Part shown: in pieces, positions 22,363 through 64,000 of the stretch
Layout: each line of letters begins with the position of its first letter
Position numbering within the stretch: position 1 is the stretch's first letter
NCBI GenBank assembly: GCA_964247055.1
Contig: OZ176055.1
Location: 4,836,001-4,900,000 of the forward strand
From: Paragordius varius
Taxonomy: Eukaryota > Animalia > Nematomorpha
Direction of reading: 5' to 3'
DNA: 64,000 nucleotides
The notes under the pieces: model-generated
Databases searched by the model: none
Told to the model about the DNA's origin: nothing
Seen by the model: the letters and a program-made list of their open reading frames with translations, nothing else
Translations under genes and position numbers: made by a program

Positions 22363-23429
22363 GTTTAAATGATTTGATTTTATTAACACTTCGATTCGAA
22401 TTGGGGTAACTAGACAACAAATTTTTCTTGAGTGACCGCTCTCACGAGTGAAAACATGTAATGTAATAATAATAAAAAAAATAATAATTCCACCTAAAAT
22501 TTTGTATAATTTGATTTTTTATGATTATGCGCCCTCTTTATCAAAATATTAAAAAATGTTTTTCCTTGAAAATGTAAAAATGCCCATTTGTAAATAATAA
22601 AAACTCTATAAAATTACTAATATGTTTGGCATCGATAGTTAATATTGGACATATGAAGCGACAAACCGACCAACGAGAGCGTTGTTCTTAATTATTATAT
22701 TGTAAAAACTAATGGATGAAATTAGCATGAATGTCTAAAAAAGGTAATACAAAAAAGTTTTTTTATAAAACACTTATTTAATGCTTTTATCTCATTCAAA
22801 ACAATTATTTTTAATTTTTTTGTTTTCAAAAATTACCGTCATACCAATATTAATTATTTTCTTTAGTAGGCATATAAAATTTCAAAGATAGAAATATAGT
22901 TTAAGGTATTCTTGATCTTTTATAGACATTAGTAAATTTACAGTTATAGCTATGCATTTTAGTATCCATTAGGTAAAATAATTATGATAATAATAATTTT
23001 ATAAAAGCAAAAAAACTTTTTCAAAGATTTTTTTTATTTTATACTAATGTAACCCTAATAATAATATTAAATTAATTTATATACTTTTAGTTTGTCTATA
23101 AATACTTCTTACTTGGTTCAAAAATTTGACCATATAAACGCAAAAACCTTTAACATCAGATTGTTTTTAAATGACTAACTACCATTCGAAAGATACAGTT
23201 TTTCGCGCTCTTCCAATATGATATAAAATACATGGCCTCTATATCTAAAACTTTTAGTTATGAATATTTGGAGTTTAATGTTAAATCTGGGCCAAAGATT
23301 CTCTATAAACCCTAATTAAAAAACATTAAGTAGACCAATTTTTTTCAGATATACTATTGTAGTTTAATGAAATAAATTTTATATTCAAAATAATGGAACT
23401 AAAAAAAGTCCAAATTTGTGGTCTAGAGT

Positions 23430-23815
23430 TTTATATCAAACGAAGATTTGAAAATTTAAACAAGATTAATATCTAATCATTAATTTTAAGATATTTTCTT
23501 GAATCAAATAGCATTTATGTATTGTTCTTAAATATTAGCAGAGTTTTAAATATTTAAACCCTTTATATTCACCCAATACAGTTTATAGCATTAACATTTT
23601 TAAACCTAAATTATATGCATACATAGTCCAAAATAATTTTAAGCATATTTTTAAATCTGTCAAGTGTGCCCTACACCACACTTATATGATATCACCTCCG
23701 AATCAGGTTTTCTTGCTTTTCTGTTGTCTAATGTTTAATTTTTTTATCAACGGTAAGCAAGCCATCACTTAAGAAACTTGCAAGTCGTCAAAAATATTTT
23801 TTTATCACCCCACCT
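23430..23815 (-). mobile_element. Partial Harbinger-like MITE arm (another partial copy at ~24330-24500)
   Basis: Reverse complement of the left part of 32335-33360; ends ttttatcaccccacc. Confidence 0.65.
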
Positions 23816-24831
23816 TTAAAAAAAGTATATCAAGTATTTTTGATGAATTTTTTTATATTTCGATTCATTTATGTTGGTGCAAACTTTTGCCATGGTTTCA
23901 GTTCATTCCATATTTTTTAGATTATTTAATTTTAAACAGGTCTGGGGTATCTAACGACCCCAATTCGAATCGAAGGATTGAATGTATTGTTGTATCCAAG
24001 TGATGAACTGTTTTTATACGTACGAACTTCATTTGTGCGATATGTGTATATATTTTTTTGATAATAACAGTAAATACACTATTTATACCAAAAGAGTTTA
24101 CTTTGTTTTGAAGGTTTACGGAATTAAGGAATTCAAAATACTTTTAGATTCATTTTTAATATTAGCTAAGTTTTTCCAAAGATTTTGTTTTTTATCCAAT
24201 CAGTATAATAAAATAAATACCCAAAAATTATCAGATAAAATGTTTATTACTTCAACAAAAGTTTGTACATAAACACCATATTTACATATATAAATAATTT
24301 CCGAAAATATTTTTATTTATATTTTCAAATCTGTCAAGTGGGTTTCAACCACATTTGCAAAGTCATCAAGTTTTACTAGATCATATAATTTTATCAGCTC
24401 CGAACTTTTCTTGCTTGACATTCCGCTAATGTTAAATTTTATTACATCAAAGCAACTGCCTTGAAAATCTTGCAAGTCAAATTAAAAATACCATTTTACC
24501 CTATGTTTTGAAGCATATAAGGAATTATTATAATTTGGATAATGATGTACGTTTCATTCTCCTAAATTGTTAATAACACTTGGATTTATACTTGGATACA
24601 ACACATTCATTTCAGTCTTTCGATTCAAATTGGGGTAGTTGGATACCCCAGGCCTGTTTAACTTTAATATTTCAAAAAATTTGGAGGGAATCGAAACCAT
24701 GACAAAAGTTTTGACTTATATAACATTAAACCAAAATATAAAAAAAATTATTGAAAATACTTGATAATACTTATTTGGTGAAACCCAAAATTAATAATTT
24801 AGTAAGCATCACATGTGATTACAAAACTTAA

Positions 24832-25389
24832 CACTTCGATTCAATTTGGGGTATTTAAATACCCAGACTAAATTTGAGTTAGGATTTTTAATAAACTACT
24901 GAAGGAAACGGTCCCAATTTAAATTTATGCTCCTCTAATAAAAATTATATAAATATGCTAAAATATCTAAATACAATTTTGTTTTGAAAAAAAAAGTTCC
25001 ATGTCAAACTACTTCGACGCCATTTTTATTTTACAAAATATTGCAAAATATCGTCCTCATTTAATTTTAAGGGTAAAATTATTACATCTAACATTGATTG
25101 AAATGGATAAACCGGTTTATTTTGTATTATTATTTAATTTTACCATTTCACACATATCACGTTGACGAAATTTTTACCTTTCGGTTTTATCTTAAAATAA
25201 GTAATATCAAGTATTTTTGAATAAAATTTTTTATATATTTCAGTTTATTAATGTTATAAAAGTGCAAAATTTTGCCATGGTTTGGTTTCCTTCCATATTT
25301 TTAAAAGAGTTTAATTTTAAACACGCCTGAGGTATCCAACTACCCCAATTTGAATCGAAGGACTAAAATGAATGTGTTGTATCCAAGTG
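24832..25389. mobile_element. piggyBac-like MITE, full copy 1
   Basis: TTAA|CACTT...AAGTG|TTAA; asymmetric ends with an internal inverted repeat CTTCGATTCAAATTGGGGTA separated by a spacer at one end only. Confidence 0.85.
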
Positions 25390-25684
25390 TTAAAAATAAA
25401 ACAAAATAAACCACTTTTTTTCTATCAATAGATGTTATTAAAAAATACCCTTATTTTTGCTCTAAAAATACGAGATTTAGCAAAAATATTGGGAAATAAA
25501 AATAGCGTTGATATAGTTTGATATGGAACTTTTTTGGCTTATATAATTAGAGAAACATAAATTTAAAATGGGACCGTTTTTATTAGTATCTTTTTAAAAT
25601 ATGAACTTAAATATAGTTTGGGGTATTTAGATACTTCAATTTGAATCAAAGTGGTAAAAGATTGTTCGTCCAGTTTTAAATATA

Positions 25685-25688
<4 letters not shown>

Positions 25689-25729
<41 letters not shown>
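25689..25729. repeat. (TA)n microsatellite
   Basis: About 20 TA units. Confidence 0.95.
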
Positions 25730-25737
<8 letters not shown>

Positions 25738-26090
25738 TATTACCCTATTAAATTAAAAAACGAAACATAATAGCATTCATTACAGTAACTAACCCCCATT
25801 CCAAGTCATAGATTTATATTTTCAGTACCTTACGGCTGGGTAGGTATTTTTGATTGATTGGCGGCTGCGGTTTTCTGTTGCCCTCTTTACTTGTTAGTTT
25901 TAATTGGATTTAGGCCAACACATATACGACTATTCAGAAAAAGTAATTGCGGATATATATATAGATAGTTTTCTTGTCTTTTTACCATAATATTTTTATT
26001 TTTTTACTCACTTATAAATAAATTAACTAAGATCACAATAAACAAATATAAAACGATATGACTATAAAAGATTACGAGAATTCGTTTTAA

Positions 26091-26660
26091 CACTTCGACT
26101 TAAATTGGGGTATCTAAATACCCCAGACTAAATTTAAATTAAAATTTTTATACTGAAGGAAACGGTCCCAATTTAAATTTATGCTTCTATCCTGATAAAT
26201 ATTATATAAATATGCCAAAATATCTTGATAAAATTTTGTTTTGAAAAAAAAGTTCCATCTCAAACTACATCGACGCCATTTTTATTTTGAAAAATTTCGC
26301 AAATCGGGTTCATTTAATTTTAAGGGTAAAACTAAAGCTTATTAATTATATAAATTACATCTAACATTGATAGAAATAAAAATAGCGGTTTATTTTATAT
26401 TATTTTTTAGTTTTACAATTTGACACATGTCACGTTGACTAAATTTTTACCTTTCAGTTTTAGCTCAAAATAAGTAATATTAAGTATTTTTGAATAAAAT
26501 TTTTTATATATTTCGGTTTATTAATGTTATAAGTGCAAAATTTTGCCATGGTTTTGATTGCTTCCATACTTTTTAAAGTATTTGATTTAAAAGAGGCCTG
26601 GGGTATCCAACTACCCCAATTTGAATCGAAAGACTAAAATGAGTGTGTTGCATCCAAGTG
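26091..26660. mobile_element. piggyBac-like MITE, full copy 2
   Basis: TTAA TSD at 26087-26090 and 26661-26664; highly similar to 24832-25389. Partial copies lie at ~22387, 23820-24002, 24577-24780 and 25490-25653. Confidence 0.88.
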
Positions 26661-26687
26661 TTAATATCCAAAGCATATTTTGCATAA

Positions 26688-61473
<34,786 letters not shown>

Positions 61474-61478
<5 letters not shown>

Positions 61479-61546
61479 ATATTTTATTATATCCATATTT
61501 TATTATAAAATAAAATATGCTAAAATTTATTGTAAAATATAATAAA
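61474..61546 (+). promoter_or_regulatory. Candidate SRP54 polyadenylation signals
   Basis: AATAAA at 61474, 61509 and 61541. Weak evidence in such AT-rich DNA. Confidence 0.3.
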
Positions 61547-62633
61547 GATTTATTAAGATAGTTTATTATAATACACAAAAATTCAGAAACCAGTTTTTGG
61601 AAACGGTTTGAAAATAATAGTAAATTAGATTTAGAGGCGCCACATCATGTTAAAAACGGTTTGATATTTTTATTGGTATTATTGCGTTAAAAAAAATTTT
61701 ATAAACTGGCATATTAAATGTGATATTGTTTAATACACAGTTAGCCAGATGTTATATGCAAATCGCTCATCGGTCAAAACCCATGTTTTATATCATTCGT
61801 ATTAAATAATTCTATTTCGTTTAGAAAAAGGCCTTTTATAATATTTAAATTAAATTATAATATAGAGCACATACCACGGGTGGACTTTTGATAGCCCAAG
61901 CCTATTTCTAAATGTTTCGCGAGACAAAAAACGAATACTAAAAATATTCAATAACCAAAAAAATTATTTTACATAATAGATATGTCGAAAACTTTTTACA
62001 ATGGACAAGATTTTAACATAAATAATATAGAATATAGTTCAATTAGTTTTGTCTGATTAAACTTGTTTATCAGCTTCTAAGGTCTTTAAAATTTGGCATA
62101 TAACACAGTGCGTCAAGTTTTAGCTTTTTGTTCCAATCCGACCTTTGATTTGTCTAAAAGAGAAATATTGATCATATATATCTTTTTCCACCAGGACCCC
62201 TCATGAGCCGCTACACCTCAAAATTCGCTAATCTATTGATGATTCATGTTTTTGGCACCATATAACTTAAAAATATTTAGAGTTGAATCTTTAATTTATA
62301 AATGTTAAAAACAACACTAGTATTCTTTAACAATTTTAATTGTTTTAAAATATTTTTTACAGATCTAAATAAATAAAATATTATTAATTTTAGGGAATTG
62401 GTATACCCTGACTGCAGTTTAATGGGAGGAATACATATAATAATGAAGTAAAAGTTATAATATTAACTAAAAACGTGCATTTTCTATAGATTAGCAAACT
62501 TTGAGTATAAGCGCGGAGCACGGTAAAAAGATTTATATATTTAAATCAGAAAAAAATTAATAGTATAAATTGCAAGGCGGTCTTGTTAATTGGTCCTAGC
62601 CTTTTCCTCTAGAACGTAAAAAAATTCTTTCTA

Positions 62634-63712
62634 CCAGGTGCATTCATAAATTTTACCGGTTAGTAAAAATGAAAGTAATATTTATTTTATTCAAAAAATT
62701 GTCTTGGCTTCTAGCACATTTTTCCATCTCTCAGGTAGTATATGAATGCCATGCCAGAAAATTGATTGTCCAATACAGAATACCATTCTTCAAGCCATTT
62801 AAGACGTCCTTTAAATTATTGAGCTGCTGCTCTGCGAGGGGCTTCCCATCGATGCAAAGTTGTATTACTCAGATGGCGCCAGGTCAGGGGCGTTTAGCGT
62901 ATGCAGAAAAAAAAACTTTAACTGGTATCGTTGTGTGAGACAAAGAATTGTTAACCAAAAATCATGCCATGTTTTCTGGTTCTTCCGGCTGTTTTTCGAT
63001 TAATGCATGGGTTTAATTAGACATTATTTTAACGATAGTGCTGTGTATTAACCACGCTCAAAAGTTCACAGCTTTGGTTCCCCAGAGACAGAACATGGTT
63101 TCCATGCCGTAGCTATTTGGTCTTATTGTAAATGGAACGGCTTGGCAAGGTATATATTACTTTCCATCTTTGTATTGACAAAATAAAGCCATTATCTTTG
63201 GTCCCAATTCGATGTAAAAATGATTACTTTTCGTGTCATTGTATAAGGAATTGACTAATCACTTTGCGATTTTTGATTTGACATTCATTAAAATGTGTGG
63301 AACACTACCAAGTTTATTGACCTCTTCCATTGCTCTTACACATTTTTATAGTTTTTTACATAGATGCTTCTGTCGATTTCCGCTGCTTTTCCAATATTTC
63401 TTGCTTTAATCGTCTTTGCAGTTGTGCCGTAAATCAGAAGACCCATATTCTTTCATGTGATTACTTTTAATATCCGAAACCATGTTTACATGTATTAATC
63501 GATAAAGCATGTTCACCCTATGTTTCTTAATGATTTTAATATATTTGAGACATTCGCTTGCATTTAAATATGTTTTGAAATATAACATATATTCTTATTC
63601 TTATGATATTTTTTGGAATAAAGCATTTAGCTTTTATAAAAAATATAAAAGCACCAAAGATCCTGATACTTTCTATTTAAAATCGATAATGATTATTTAA
63701 CGAATGAACCGA
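62634..63712 (-). mobile_element. Mariner (Mos1-like) transposase relic
   Basis: APDLAPSE*YNFASMG...KWLEEW...HGIHILPERWKNV matches the recalled YSPDLAPSD..FASMGH..LPERWEKC motif; TA|CCAGGTGCATTCATAAATT terminus at 62632-62652. The right end is uncertain. Confidence 0.82.
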
Positions 63713-64000
63713 AGGCGATTGCATTTTTTTAGTTAGTCTTCTATTCCCTACCAGTCAGAAAATTAGGTTTTTTGAAAGATACCGATTTTGAAGAAATCAT
63801 GAAAACGTGCCGACTAATTCCTATTCAAAAGAAATCGATTGAATAATTGCGTGGAATGTCACAGCGCTATTTCGTATTAACTTGTCAATTCAGCCATGTA
63901 AAAATGGTTATTAAAAATATTATTTAAAACATTTTTCGGAAATCGCCTAGCCCATTCGAGTTGAAAGTGGAAATTTTGTATACATTTTTAGATGCCCGAG

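Noticed and set aside
25790-25930. GC-richer island upstream of SRP54, considered as an snRNA, SL RNA or exon
   Set aside because: No U1/U2/U4/U5/U6 or tRNA signature that I recognise and no long frame. It could still be a promoter or 5' UTR, but I cannot support a call.

Overview
Very AT-rich eukaryotic (most likely non-vertebrate animal) genomic DNA; the taxon cannot be fixed from this window. It holds two divergently transcribed, intron-containing host genes that I reconstructed by hand. SRP54 is on the + strand (12 exons, 26721-61478, 523 aa). A vertebrate-like N-acetylglutamate synthase (NAGS) is on the - strand (8 exons from ATG 15027 down to 7320, continuing off the left edge). The ORF track largely misses NAGS because five consecutive introns are only 18-23 nt long; SRP54 intron 1 is 21 nt. 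These ultra-short introns coexist with 2-7 kb introns filled with transposons. The transposons include several decayed RTE-like LINEs (APE+RT with a PHD-type zinc finger), hAT elements (two with exact 8-bp TSDs), piggyBac-like and Harbinger-like MITEs, a non-autonomous Helitron, long palindromic foldback elements and a mariner relic. The most striking non-coding signal is a family of five HDV-like self-cleaving ribozyme folds at the LINE 5' ends. They show compensatory base changes, and one starts exactly at the TSD-defined element end. Three lie in sense orientation inside NAGS introns. Further conserved RNA modules follow them, including a putative pseudoknot just upstream of the LINE start codon. 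All homology calls come from recalled protein and RNA motifs; no database search was run.
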